NCBI GenBank assembly: GCA_965204465.1 | Contig: OZ241995.1 | Location: 468,144 to 532,143 of the forward strand | Direction: 5' to 3' | DNA from: Leptospiria bacterium | Lineage (GTDB): Bacteria > Spirochaetota > Leptospiria > Turneriellales > CBDBES01 | Length of the DNA: 64,000 bases | Shown: positions 1-9,954 of the stretch, piece after piece | Layout of the letters: every line of letters begins with the position of its first letter | Position numbering within the stretch: the first letter of the stretch is position 1 | Made by a program: the position numbers and the translations under genes | The notes under the pieces: model-generated | What the model saw: the letters and a program-made list of their open reading frames with translations, nothing else | Told to the model about the DNA's origin: nothing | Database searches by the model: none

Positions 1-385
1 TATTTGCTATGCTACTACCAACAGGCAAAACGCCGTCCAGGAGATTGCTCGCCATGTACAGATGATACTTGTAATTGGTTCGCAAAATTCTTCTAATTCA
101 AATAGACTGCGTGAACTCTCAGAAAAAATAGGCACTCCTGCTCATTTAATTGAGAATTCAGATGCTGTTCAGAGAGAGTGGATTACTTCCGATATTAATA
201 AAATAGGAGTTACTTCAGGGGCATCTGTTCCGGAAGTATTGGTCCAGGGTGTGATCAGACTTTTGCAAACAAAATTTAATTTTACAAAATTAACAGAATT
301 TAAAGTAACAAGCGAAAATGTTACTTTCAAAATGCCTCGTAAATTAAAAGATAGATCAGTAGAATATCTTATAAATTCCAAATGA
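1..385 (+). CDS. ispH: IspH/LytB 4-hydroxy-3-methylbut-2-enyl diphosphate reductase, C-terminal part (5' end outside window)
   Basis: Frame is open from the window edge (codons from nt 2): ICYATTNRQNAVQEIARHVQMILVIGSQNSSNSNRLREL, the conserved IspH C-terminal block. The stop overlaps the next start (ATGA at 382-385). Confidence 0.85.
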   Translation, partial: ICYATTNRQNAVQEIARHVQMILVIGSQNSSNSNRLRELSEKIGTPAHLIENSDAVQREWITSDINKIGVTSGASVPEVLVQGVIRLLQTKFNFTKLTEFKVTSENVTFKMPRKLKDRSVEYLINSK

Positions 386-2253
386 TGTTTATTAAATTTT
401 CTTTTATATCTAAATTCTCTTTTTTGGTATTGCTAATTTATATTACTTCTTCTGCTTTTGCTCTGGCTGAATTAGATGAAGATTCTCAGGAATTATGGTC
501 AGAAGCGCAAGCATTATATTACCAAAAAAGATATGATAAAGCTTTAGAGGCGTTTAACGAATTAAATGAAAAATACCCGCAGGAAGTGAAGTTTGAATTA
601 TTATTAACAAATTCATTGGCCGAATTATTAAAGGCAAAGGTATGGCTTGAAAGGGCTAAAAAATTGATCGAGTTGAAAAGATATAATCATGCTCTGGAAG
701 CCATAAAATATGCTAAACAGGTATTTCCTTTTGAGGAAGAGGTAAGTAAATATTATGATACCATCCAAGACATAAAGACGTCTCATCAACCTTTGGCCGA
801 TTTGAATCAAAGCCAAAAAACAATATTTGATCAATCTATTGAAAATGCAGAAAAGAAATTAAAAACAGGAGATTATGAAGCCGCTCTCAAATTATACGCC
901 AAAGCATTAGAAATTGCCTCTGAATCTACCATTGCTTTGGAAGGATATTCTGAAGCCCAAAAAAGGCTCTTAGTAAGTCAGAATCAAAACAAGATCAAAC
1001 GATTGTTAAAAACCGCAGCCAAACTTGAATCCCTATCTAAGCTCATAGAAGCGAAAGCTGCCTATGAATCTGTTTTGAGACTTGATCCTGGAAATCAAAA
1101 ATCATTGAAATCAGTTTTGTTACTTCAAAAAGAGATTGAAGAAAAAAGATTACTCAGCCAAAAGAGAAGTTTAGCAGATCAATATTTTAAAACTGCTAAA
1201 AGAAACCTTAAAAATAAAGAATTTGATAGTGCAATTGAACAATATGAGTTAGGTAGAGAAACTTTGCCAGATTATACAAATTGGAATAAGCTAATTCTTA
1301 AAGCTTCTATAGCCAAAGAAAAAGCTAAAAGAAAAAGAGAAGAAAAAATTAGAAACAAGATAGACAGAGATTACCGCAAAGGAATTGCATTTCTAATAAC
1401 TGAAAAATTCAAAGAAGCCATTTCCGCTTTTCAGTCTGTTCTTAAAAGCTCTAAGGAATTAAATATTACTTCTATTATAGAACCGACGGAAGAATTACTT
1501 AAGAAATCTAAAAAAGCGCTACAAACTCAGGAAGAAGAGGTTGTTAATAAAGAGTCTCCTTATTATGAGTTGGTACAAAGTCTAAAAGCCTTGGGAATCA
1601 GGCAATTGGAATTGGGCAATTTTGAATCTGCCAAAAAATATTTTGAAAAGATATTAGATTTATTTCCTCATAATCGATTTGCTAATCAAAATATACTGGT
1701 CTGTAGAATAAAACTAGAGCCTGGTCTTAGTGGCCAAATTACTTTAGATTTTATCTCTGAAATTAAATCATCTCTGAGACAAAAAGACTACTCCAAGGCA
1801 AGAAGACTTTTAGACATTGTTCGATATATTGATTCTGAAAATACTGAAATTAAAAAATTAAAAAGCAGAATTGATAAACTCACTGCCATTTTTACTCAAA
1901 ACAAGTCAACTGCTGAAATCAATAATTTGTGGCAAAAAGCTTTAAGAGCGCAACAGACGAATAACAGAGAAGTAGCAATTAATCTTGCTAAGAGAATTTT
2001 AATAGCTGATCCAAGACATTTGAATTCCAGGAGATTACTGACCAGGTTAGAGGGAGGGGGTATAACACAAAGAACCAATATCCAGATACCTAAAAGAGCT
2101 AAAAGAGCATACGCACAAGGTATTCTGTATTATAATAATGGGTCTGTACCCGAAGCAATCAAATTTTTTCAATTGGCGGTAAATATTTTCCCGGCGTATA
2201 CAAAGGCAAACATTGCACTGACAAAATGTAAAAGATATACAAACCTAAGATAA
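382..2253 (+). CDS. secreted TPR-repeat / coiled-coil protein (623 aa)
   Basis: Hydrophobic N-terminus (FSFLVLLIYITSSAFALA). Multiple TPR-like units (YDKALEAFNEL, YEAALKLYAKALEI, FESAKKYFEKILDLFP, VPEAIKFFQLAVNIFP) are separated by K/E-rich helices. Confidence 0.7.
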   Translation: MMFIKFSFISKFSFLVLLIYITSSAFALAELDEDSQELWSEAQALYYQKRYDKALEAFNELNEKYPQEVKFELLLTNSLAELLKAKVWLERAKKLIELKRYNHALEAIKYAKQVFPFEEEVSKYYDTIQDIKTSHQPLADLNQSQKTIFDQSIENAEKKLKTGDYEAALKLYAKALEIASESTIALEGYSEAQKRLLVSQNQNKIKRLLKTAAKLESLSKLIEAKAAYESVLRLDPGNQKSLKSVLLLQKEIEEKRLLSQKRSLADQYFKTAKRNLKNKEFDSAIEQYELGRETLPDYTNWNKLILKASIAKEKAKRKREEKIRNKIDRDYRKGIAFLITEKFKEAISAFQSVLKSSKELNITSIIEPTEELLKKSKKALQTQEEEVVNKESPYYELVQSLKALGIRQLELGNFESAKKYFEKILDLFPHNRFANQNILVCRIKLEPGLSGQITLDFISEIKSSLRQKDYSKARRLLDIVRYIDSENTEIKKLKSRIDKLTAIFTQNKSTAEINNLWQKALRAQQTNNREVAINLAKRILIADPRHLNSRRLLTRLEGGGITQRTNIQIPKRAKRAYAQGILYYNNGSVPEAIKFFQLAVNIFPAYTKANIALTKCKRYTNLR

Positions 2254-2258
2254 TTTTC

Positions 2259-3431
2259 ATGAATTATTTTATAAAGGTTGTCAAAAATATCTTCCAGGAA
2301 AACCCTACGGATATTTCGAAACAATTAGAACCTGGGATAGTTACTTTTTTTTCCCAGGAACATAATTCATTCTATTATATATATAAAAGCGGAAAGGGTA
2401 AATGTGTTGCCCCTTCATGGCGCAGAGGAGTCGCCTTAGAAAAATTAGATGAACTATCTTTTATTAAGCAAGTACCTCCCTATGAAAATAAGAAAATCAG
2501 AAGAAGTGATTTCAAAAAGATATTTTTTTCTTTAAGTCAAATACAAGATCATGCAGAGAAATGGACCCAGATACATGTAGATAAAGAAAATATATTCGTT
2601 TCTACTATTGGCCGCGGTCAATTTAATTTAGAAAAATATAGTATCAATGGATTGAAAAAGCAAATGAATGATCTTATTTCTAAAATGCAACAGGATTTAA
2701 TTACGCATAAAAGAGTTCAATTGGGAATAAAGCGTGCATTAAAAAGAATGTTAAAACTCGACCCTCAAATAAATAATCTTTTGAAGACAATTTCCGAGAC
2801 ACCAAGGTCTATTCTATCAGGAGATTCATTTAAATTGATGGCTGTTCTTGCAAAGATATTTTATTTAAAATCAAGTATAATAGCCTTACCCAATAAATTC
2901 AATCAAAGAAAGTCTTTCTCTAAAATAAGAAGAATTCTGGTCATGACCAACCTAAGCGGACAATCTCTGAAAGATTTAAAGCAGCAAGGAGGCTTGTGGG
3001 ACAAAGGCATTTCTGGTTTTGCATGGAAACATATTACAGGAGAGTTTACCAGAAAAAGAATTGAAGATATGTTCGAAAATGAAAAGATACAATCTAAATA
3101 TGATCTATTCATCTACAGGGGACATGGTCATATCAAGAACAATAGTATTTACTGGTCTTTAAAAGATGCTGATTTTCCCTTAGCATCCGGTCTATTTTCC
3201 AAATATATCCATCTTGCATGTCTTAATTTCCATAATGTAGCAGAAGATGACTTAAAAACTTTTCCTTTTGAAGAGGGTATATTACCCCTTGGTTTTTTAC
3301 CCGATAATGACTATTCAGAACTGATAACACAATTGTTGTATAATTTTAAACTGTCGGATAATTTTATGGAAACATCTATGAAAACTCTTACAAAATATCA
3401 AGAAGAAATAATGTTCACTTATTGCTGTTGA
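2259..3431 (+). CDS. hypothetical protein (390 aa), possible caspase/CHAT-like (clan CD) fold
   Basis: Long ORF starting 5 nt after the TPR gene. Strand-then-catalytic-residue pattern: RILVMTN ... DLFIYRGHGH (His289) ... KYIHLACLNF (Cys321). Fold assignment is inference only. Confidence 0.55.
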   Translation: MNYFIKVVKNIFQENPTDISKQLEPGIVTFFSQEHNSFYYIYKSGKGKCVAPSWRRGVALEKLDELSFIKQVPPYENKKIRRSDFKKIFFSLSQIQDHAEKWTQIHVDKENIFVSTIGRGQFNLEKYSINGLKKQMNDLISKMQQDLITHKRVQLGIKRALKRMLKLDPQINNLLKTISETPRSILSGDSFKLMAVLAKIFYLKSSIIALPNKFNQRKSFSKIRRILVMTNLSGQSLKDLKQQGGLWDKGISGFAWKHITGEFTRKRIEDMFENEKIQSKYDLFIYRGHGHIKNNSIYWSLKDADFPLASGLFSKYIHLACLNFHNVAEDDLKTFPFEEGILPLGFLPDNDYSELITQLLYNFKLSDNFMETSMKTLTKYQEEIMFTYCC

Positions 3432-3868
3432 ATCAAATTTAGCTCCACGAAACCTACCAGAGATATAATATAAAATGCTCTCATTTACGATAAAGGAGTT
3501 GGATTGACTTTTGGACTACCTACAGAAAGAGAAAAAATACTGTATAGCATTTATAGTTCTTTTATGACAAAAAAATATTGTTAAGGTATCTTAAATATGT
3601 GTCGAGATTATTCAATATGGAAAAAAAATGATCATTTCTTTCGTTATAAAATAAATACATGGTAAAGAACCATAGCATCACGTAAGCTTATCTAATTCTA
3701 TATAACTTCTATTAACATCAGCTAACTTCAGTCCAGTTATTAAGACTATATATCCGAAAGTAGTCATAGATTATTTTCTTTGGAGATATGAATTTCTGTT
3801 TTAGTCATACTTTTACAGAAATGATCCTTTCTAAAGAAAAAGGTGTAGAAGTAGAAGACAGGATGTCT

Positions 3869-3894
3869 TAAAGCTTTTACATTTATCTGATCAA
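3869..3894 (+). promoter_or_regulatory. candidate sigma28-type promoter of flaB-1
   Basis: TAAAG (3869-3873), then 13 nt, then CTGATCAA (3887-3894), compared with consensus TAAA-N15-GCCGATAA. Lies about 27 nt upstream of the ATG. Confidence 0.3.
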
Positions 3895-3920
3895 TCAAAT
3901 GATTCAAGGAGGAGTCAAAA

Positions 3921-4766
3921 ATGATCATAAACCATAATTTAAGCGCGATAAATTCACATCGCGTATTAAAGTTTAAACATTGGGATGTTTCTCGCAACCT
4001 AGAGAAACTTTCCAGTGGAATGAGAATCAACCGGGCTGGAGATGATGCTTCTGGTTTGGCTGTTTCTGAAAAAATGCGTTCCCAGATAATGGGTCTAAGG
4101 CAGGCTGAAAGAAATTCTGAAGATGGCATGAGCCTGATTCAAACTACCGAGGGCTACCTTCATCAAATAACGAAAATGATCCATAGGGTAAGAACTTTGG
4201 CCATTCAAAGTTCCAATGGTATCTACACTGATGAAGATCGTCAAATGATACAGGTAGAAGTTTCCCAATTAATTGATGAAGTAGATAGAATTGCATCCCA
4301 GGCAGAATTTAATACTCTTAAACTCTTCCAAGGTGATTTATCAAGAACTTCCAGAACCGCTTCTATGTGGTTTCATATAGGTCCTAATATGCATCAAAGG
4401 GAAAGGGCTTATATTGGAACAATGACTGCAGAAGCATTGAATATGAGACAAAATGACGGGTCAGTCATTAGTATCTCTACACCTTCAAGAGCAAATGAAG
4501 TCATCGGTTTGATGGATGAAGCTCTTTACAGAATAAATAAGCAAAGAGCAGACTTAGGAGCCTATTATAATAGGCTAGAACACACTGCCCAAGGCTTAAT
4601 GAATGCTTATGAAAACACTCAGGCTTCAGAGTCTAGGATCAGAGATGTAGACATGGCAGAAGAGATGTCTCAGTTCACGAAGAATCAAATATTGGTTCAG
4701 AGTGGTACGGCCATGTTGGCGCAGGCCAATCTGCAACCTCAAACCGTATTACAGTTACTAAGGTAA
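3921..4766 (+). CDS. flaB: flagellar filament core protein FlaB (flagellin), copy 1
   Basis: [18 protein letters not shown]...[31 protein letters not shown]...MWFHIGPN...[11 protein letters not shown]...[14 protein letters not shown]...[17 protein letters not shown] lies 7 nt upstream of the ATG. Confidence 0.95.
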   Translation: MIINHNLSAINSHRVLKFKHWDVSRNLEKLSSGMRINRAGDDASGLAVSEKMRSQIMGLRQAERNSEDGMSLIQTTEGYLHQITKMIHRVRTLAIQSSNGIYTDEDRQMIQVEVSQLIDEVDRIASQAEFNTLKLFQGDLSRTSRTASMWFHIGPNMHQRERAYIGTMTAEALNMRQNDGSVISISTPSRANEVIGLMDEALYRINKQRADLGAYYNRLEHTAQGLMNAYENTQASESRIRDVDMAEEMSQFTKNQILVQSGTAMLAQANLQPQTVLQLLR

Positions 4767-4774
4767 CTTATTGA

Positions 4775-4799
4775 AAGCCCGGCATTGCCGGGCTTTTTT
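4775..4799 (+). terminator. rho-independent terminator after flaB-1
   Basis: AAGCCCGGC-ATT-GCCGGGCTT, a 9-bp stem followed by a T6 run. Confidence 0.8.
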
Positions 4800-4976
4800 A
4801 GAGATATTTGACATATTTGTAGGCATTCATTGAGTGATCTTCGGGTGCCCGGGAAGACTAACATTATTTAAGTTGATCTTCCTGGGTATCTGAGGATAGA
4901 AAAGGAGTTATTTCTGTCATATTGGACTTCAATGTCTGGTACAGAACCCAAATATTTTGACAAAGGAGTGTCTACA

Positions 4977-5819
4977 ATGATAATTAAACACAATATGAGT
5001 GCGATAAACGCGCACCGGGTGCTTAAATTTAACCATTGGAAAGTTGATGATTCGATAAGAAAACTATCCTCTGGTTTACGGATCAACCGTGCGGGAGATG
5101 ATGCCTCAGGATTGGCAGTCTCCGAAAAAATGAGAGCTCAGATACTCGGCTTAAGACAAGCCGAAAGGAACGCTGAAGATAGCATGAGCTTCATTCAAAC
5201 TGCTGATGGATATTTGGATCAATTGACAAATATTTTTCACAGAATGCGTGTTTTATCGATACAAGCCGCTAATGGCATTTACGCATCGGAAGAACGCCAG
5301 TTAATGCAAGTAGAGGTTTCTCAGTTAATTGATGAAGTTGATAGAGTCGCCTCCCAGGCTGAGTTTAATCAATTTAAACTCTTCCAAGGTGATTTTAGCA
5401 GAAACTCAAGAACAGCTTCTATATGGTTCCATATTGGAGCGAATCAACATCAAAGAGAGAGAGCCTATATTGGTACAATGACAGCGAGTTCTTTGAATTT
5501 GATGAGGAATGGTCGGATTGCTACGCTATCAACGGTCATGGGGGCAAACAATCTAATTGGGATTATAGATGAGAGTCTAAATAAGATCTTGAAGCAAAGA
5601 TCTGATCTGGGTGCTTATTATAATCGATTAGAGAATGTAGCTAAGGGCTTGATGAGTGCCTACGAAAATATACAAGCCTCTGAATCAAGAATCAGAGATG
5701 TGGATATGGCAGAAGAAATTGCGGTTTTTACCACAAGCCAGATATTAGCGCAGAGTGGTATGGCGATGTTAGCTCATGCTAATTTAAAAGTAAATAGCAT
5801 AATAAACCTTTTGAGCTAA
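4977..5819 (+). CDS. flaB: flagellar filament core protein FlaB (flagellin), copy 2
   Basis: Same conserved blocks as copy 1. Start moved to [18 protein letters not shown] (ATG 4977), preceded by AAAGGAG; the track ORF begins at 4932. Confidence 0.93.
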   Translation: MIIKHNMSAINAHRVLKFNHWKVDDSIRKLSSGLRINRAGDDASGLAVSEKMRAQILGLRQAERNAEDSMSFIQTADGYLDQLTNIFHRMRVLSIQAANGIYASEERQLMQVEVSQLIDEVDRVASQAEFNQFKLFQGDFSRNSRTASIWFHIGANQHQRERAYIGTMTASSLNLMRNGRIATLSTVMGANNLIGIIDESLNKILKQRSDLGAYYNRLENVAKGLMSAYENIQASESRIRDVDMAEEIAVFTTSQILAQSGMAMLAHANLKVNSIINLLS

Positions 5820-5834
5820 CTCTTTAAACTTTTA

Positions 5835-5857
5835 GGGCAGTTTGACTGCCCTTTTTT
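5835..5857 (+). terminator. rho-independent terminator after flaB-2
   Basis: GGGCAG-TTTGA-CTGCCC followed by T6. Confidence 0.75.
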
Positions 5858-5909
5858 ATTATAATGAAATTATATTATTCTAAAATACGAATAAAACCTT
5901 GAAAAAAGA

Positions 5910-8102
5910 TCAATTGCATATTTTTTCAATATTAAAAATAAGCCGGATCCTATCCCAATCGCATTTGATCAATTTAACTTTTAATTTTATACCCAGAGGC
6001 ACTGTTCTTTGGAACCTAGGTAGAACCAAACGAGATTCATTTAATTTAACTAGTTCTTTGGAATCACTAAAGGAATTTAAAGGAACAAAACCATCAATAG
6101 GAAAATCATCTAAGATAATAAACAGTCCCTCTGCATTGAATCCTGTTAGGAAAGCAATCTTTGATCGGTTTATTTCCTTTTGCATGAATTTTATAGATAT
6201 CATTTTTAAAATATCTCTTTCCGCTTCTATGGCTAAGCGTTCCTTATCAGAAATTTGTTCACTGACCATTTTTAAGTCCTGATTTTGATGAAAATTCTTC
6301 TCTTTATTAATAAAGCAATTGATTTGGCGATGCACTACCAGATCAGAATACCTTCTGATCGGAGAAGTAAAATGAGTATAGTCTGGAATCCCAAGCCCCC
6401 AATGCCCTGTAGGTTTGTTGGAATAAACTGCCTTCATAAAAGAGCGTAAGATCAAATAATTGATTACCAAGGTGACTTTTTTATCATTCAGAGATGCTAA
6501 AACATTTTGAATGGAAGAATATTGTGTATCATTCAGGTATGTTTTATTTCCCCAGGCATGCAAAATAGAATTGATCGTATGGATTTTATTAGATTCCATA
6601 GGATCATGTGTCCTGTAAATATTGGGTATTTTATTTTTTTTAGAGAAGACCGCGGTAGCAATATTCGCCGCTAGCATGAATTCTTCAATCAGCTGATGAG
6701 ATTGAAGCCTTTTATAATTACGAATACCAACTATCTTGTTATGCTTATCCATTACTAATTCAAGATCGGGTATTTCCAGGTCAATTCCTCCTTTGTTCAG
6801 TCTTCTTTTTTTTAGTGTGGAAGCGAGTTTATAGAATAAAGCCAATCTGGAATATTGATTTTTTATTTGTTTTTCTGCTTCTTGATAAGTAAGTCTCTGA
6901 TCGACGAAAATGATTGATTTATAAAAGTCAGAGAATAACATTTCACCAGATCGATTAAAATGAATTTCACAAGTAAAGGCCAATCTTTTTGATTCTGGCT
7001 TTAAGCTACAATAATCTTCTGAGAGGATAGGAGGAAGCATGTGTATAACAGACTGGCCCAGATAATAAGAATTTCCTCTGGAAAAGGCTTCCTTGTCTAT
7101 TTCAGAATTTAGTTCTACAAAATAAGATACATCTGCGATATGAACGTATAATTTAGTGATTTTTTTACTTCTTTCGATTGAAATAGCATCATCAAAGTCT
7201 TTTACATTTTCACCATCAATAGTGCATGTATATAGTTTCGTAAGATCTTTTCTTTTTTTATCTTTAAAGCCTTCTTCCAGTTTTTTTCTTAGCTTTTTTG
7301 TAGAATCTTCCTGATTTTTAGAATATGGTGATGGCAGTTTATATTTTATACAAATCCTCTTGAAGTATGAATATTCATCTTGTTGGGATATATTCTCTAC
7401 AAAAGAACAAACGCTTAAGTTGCGAAAAGGTATTCTTCCATTTTTCTGTGTTGAAGGGATAGAGCTTCTCTTTGATCTGCCTTTCTCTAGTTTAACCACC
7501 AAATAACTATTTACCCTAAGCTGCATTTTACTTGGTAGAATGGCCATTGGTTGATCGGGTAGATCAATTAAACTGAGTAGATAATGATCGTCTTTTTTTT
7601 TTTCTAATATTTTAGCAACAAATATATTGGTAAAAGGTTCTACCATTTCAAAGACCTCTCCCTCATAGCGCTTTTTGGTTTTAGCTAGCAGGCGGATCAA
7701 AACTTTATCTCTTTGATTTACTTTCATTCTTTTAGAGGCTGGGATAAAAATATCCTGAGAAAAATTACCAACTCCAAAGGCAAAGCCCGATCTTGAGATA
7801 GACATTTCTGCCTCTAATAAAAAGGGTTTTTTTACAGAATAATAAGATTTATTTGGCTTGATCAGACCCAATTCAGATAGGCCTTCTAAATGTTCCTTTA
7901 GCTTTGATAGGAATAAATCTCTTTTACTTTCAGAATACTTGTCTCTTGGTATAGAAAATTTTTTAGCTCTATTTTTAGCTTTATTCGAGTCTTTAGAGAG
8001 TAGGTCTTTTTTTATCTTGTTGATGTGCAAAACTTTTCCTGAATGCACATATAAATAGTCTAATATTTTTTTGGAAAAAGAATTTCTATTTTCATCTCGC
8101 AT
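5910..8102 (-). CDS. rnr: ribonuclease R (RNB-family 3'-5' exoribonuclease with C-terminal S1-like domain)
   Basis: RNB motifs: DGENVKDFDDAISIE, YVHIADVSYFV, HWGLGIPDYTHFTSPIRRYSDLVVHRQI. 730 aa. Confidence 0.9.
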   Translation of the reverse strand: MRDENRNSFSKKILDYLYVHSGKVLHINKIKKDLLSKDSNKAKNRAKKFSIPRDKYSESKRDLFLSKLKEHLEGLSELGLIKPNKSYYSVKKPFLLEAEMSISRSGFAFGVGNFSQDIFIPASKRMKVNQRDKVLIRLLAKTKKRYEGEVFEMVEPFTNIFVAKILEKKKDDHYLLSLIDLPDQPMAILPSKMQLRVNSYLVVKLEKGRSKRSSIPSTQKNGRIPFRNLSVCSFVENISQQDEYSYFKRICIKYKLPSPYSKNQEDSTKKLRKKLEEGFKDKKRKDLTKLYTCTIDGENVKDFDDAISIERSKKITKLYVHIADVSYFVELNSEIDKEAFSRGNSYYLGQSVIHMLPPILSEDYCSLKPESKRLAFTCEIHFNRSGEMLFSDFYKSIIFVDQRLTYQEAEKQIKNQYSRLALFYKLASTLKKRRLNKGGIDLEIPDLELVMDKHNKIVGIRNYKRLQSHQLIEEFMLAANIATAVFSKKNKIPNIYRTHDPMESNKIHTINSILHAWGNKTYLNDTQYSSIQNVLASLNDKKVTLVINYLILRSFMKAVYSNKPTGHWGLGIPDYTHFTSPIRRYSDLVVHRQINCFINKEKNFHQNQDLKMVSEQISDKERLAIEAERDILKMISIKFMQKEINRSKIAFLTGFNAEGLFIILDDFPIDGFVPLNSFSDSKELVKLNESRLVLPRFQRTVPLGIKLKVKLIKCDWDRIRLIFNIEKICN

Positions 8103-8461
8103 TTCATTTAAATTTCCGTACTTAATGTCTAAACTCTACTATGATATAGTTTGTATAGAATTTTTATCTAATTATTTTGTATACTTTTGTTTTAGTTAAG
8201 ATGGCACAAAAAAAATTTGTATAGATTGGGAAGATAAATCCAAGACTAGAAAAGCAATATAGTAAATTTCTATTCAGAGAGAGAAATTTTTTTGAACTAT
8301 GGTGTGAGACACAGACTTTATAAATCAAATTTTTTTTTACAAAAATTGTTTTTTTATAATGGACAATATGTCTTATATTGTATATATGTAAAATTGGATA
8401 CTGATATTATTGCATGTCAAGATCATATCTATATTTACATATTTAATCCAATTAATTTGAG

Positions 8462-9541
8462 GTGAAAAAAATGAAAAAGCTGATCCAATTTTTAATACTG
8501 ATACTGATGCTTCTTATGATAGGCTACTGTAGTCTTGCAGAAGGATCACAAGATGATGCACAAGAATTAGAAGAGGGAAGGCCTACAGCATCACTACAAA
8601 ATTTCTTTAGAGATATTGATAGTTCGTATAGAATTTTAGGAGATTCAAATAACTCAGCAGAAAGGTCTACGCGTAGTGAGCGAATATTTAGTTCAGATTG
8701 TACTAGTATAAATATACAGAGGATAGAATCTCTTTTTACTGAAGACGTTAATCAAGACGTTAATCAAATAGGAGATTATGTTATAGAAGTACAAGAAATC
8801 TTGGTAGACTCTTTATGTTTTTTCAATATGGTTATTATTTCTCAACTTCCAGATGAGCTTGCTTACGATGAAAGAACAAGAGCTACCATAGTCATTCCAA
8901 CAGGTGCAGGTGAAAATTCATTATCATTACAGCTGGATATATTAGTCAGAAAGTCAGACAATGATGTAATTGATCTGGATGCAAGCGCGAGTTTGCTTAC
9001 GGTTGCCGCTTTAGATGTAAGGGCATTGATCAATATGCAAAATGGCAGGTTCAATATTGTTTTTAATTCATTGGATCCTTCTCAATTTTCTGCTGATGCC
9101 TCTGGTAGGATCATCGTTAATTTTGAAGGGGTAAAAAATGAAAGCTTATCGTTTTATACTCCTGGAAGTGATGCTCTATCCATTCCAAGAATAAGGCATA
9201 AAACTAATTTCATAAAAGATAAAAACATGATCAATTCGGTGACGAATATACTCGGTAACGATCGGGGATTACCGATCAATATTTTGTTAAGATATAATAC
9301 GAGTAATAGAGAAGGTTTTGTTAGAGTATCTTCTGATCTTCTGAGACCTATTAATGACGGTCAAGAAGAGTATAGCTTTGGTTTTAAGAATCCTTCGACA
9401 GATGGTATTGCAGAAATACTCAGTGATGCAGATGGCTTTGATGACCTTGATGATGTACTTCAAGAAGCCCAGGATTTTATAAAGCAGATTGACTTCAATG
9501 AAGATCATGAACGCTTTGACCCAGATAGCATCGCTCTGTAA
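8462..9541 (+). CDS. hypothetical lipoprotein (359 aa)
   Basis: Signal peptide with a Cys (LLMLLMIGYCS) and an acidic C-terminus. GTG 8462 or ATG 8471 are both possible starts. Confidence 0.6.
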   Translation: MKKMKKLIQFLILILMLLMIGYCSLAEGSQDDAQELEEGRPTASLQNFFRDIDSSYRILGDSNNSAERSTRSERIFSSDCTSINIQRIESLFTEDVNQDVNQIGDYVIEVQEILVDSLCFFNMVIISQLPDELAYDERTRATIVIPTGAGENSLSLQLDILVRKSDNDVIDLDASASLLTVAALDVRALINMQNGRFNIVFNSLDPSQFSADASGRIIVNFEGVKNESLSFYTPGSDALSIPRIRHKTNFIKDKNMINSVTNILGNDRGLPINILLRYNTSNREGFVRVSSDLLRPINDGQEEYSFGFKNPSTDGIAEILSDADGFDDLDDVLQEAQDFIKQIDFNEDHERFDPDSIAL

Positions 9542-9662
9542 TTCTTTAGAAAAAAGAGACCCTCTCAGACACTTGGCGTCCTGTGTTGCTACGCAACACC
9601 ATTCGGTGCAAGTCGATTACATGATGGTTTTATAGAATTTTATTTGATTCGGTAAAGGTAAT

Positions 9663-9710
9663 ACTACATTTGGTATTTGACTGTAATTCAGCTGAAGTAC
9701 CAAATGTAGT
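9663..9710. repeat. inverted repeat (13-bp arms, 22-nt spacer)
   Basis: ACTACATTTGGTA (9663-9675) pairs with TACCAAATGTAGT (9698-9710). No flanking T-run, so it is not a canonical terminator. Confidence 0.7.
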
Positions 9711-9788
9711 TGGTCTCTATTGCTTTGTGCAAATCTATTGTTCATAGGACATAAAAAATAAAAAACTCAAAAATGTAAATGTTTTTAA

Positions 9789-9848
9789 GTTGGCGCACAG
9801 GCTAAAGATATGTGTACAAAGTACAGCCTAACGGCATTGGTTTCTACA
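9789..9848 (+). repeat. dispersed intergenic repeat, copy a (core ATGTGTACAAAGTACAGCCTAACGGCATTGGTTTCTACA)
   Basis: Near-identical core also at 11072-11104, 23943-23981 and 60853-60885 (reverse). A variant occurs at 45296-45328 and 50428-50460. Confidence 0.85.
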
Positions 9849-9954
9849 TATGGCAACCTATATCTATTTTTTTATACATACCAGGTATATGTTCATACTT
9901 GAATTAAATAAAAGAATTGTATTTTAAATGAAAAGAATTCTTTAGGTTTAAAAA

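Noticed and set aside
3764-4129. ORFs antisense to well-supported genes (3764-4129, 5899-6282, 11159-11608, 15899-16213, 28057-28615, 56604-56942 and others).
   Set aside because: Each overlaps a gene with strong family motifs on the other strand. They have low-complexity or hydrophobic translations and no RBS.
4932-4976. Upstream ATG for flaB-2 giving [15 protein letters not shown].
   Set aside because: Flagellins start at MIIxHN. ATG 4977 is preceded by AAAGGAG at proper spacing, and the paralogue flaB-1 starts at the equivalent residue.
4801-4976. Sigma28 or sigma54 promoter upstream of flaB-2 (TTAAG..TGAGGATA; TGGTAC..CCAAA).
   Set aside because: Spacing and conserved bases (GCCGATAA; GG-N10-GC) do not fit, so no call was made.
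9810-9848. The dispersed repeat contains GCCTAAC, which fits the integron attC inverse-core consensus RYYYAAC (GTTAGGC fits GTTRRRY). This raised the idea of integron cassettes.
   Set aside because: There is no properly spaced inverted partner site forming an attC hairpin, and no intI tyrosine recombinase in the window. Flanking genes have their own promoters and mixed orientations.
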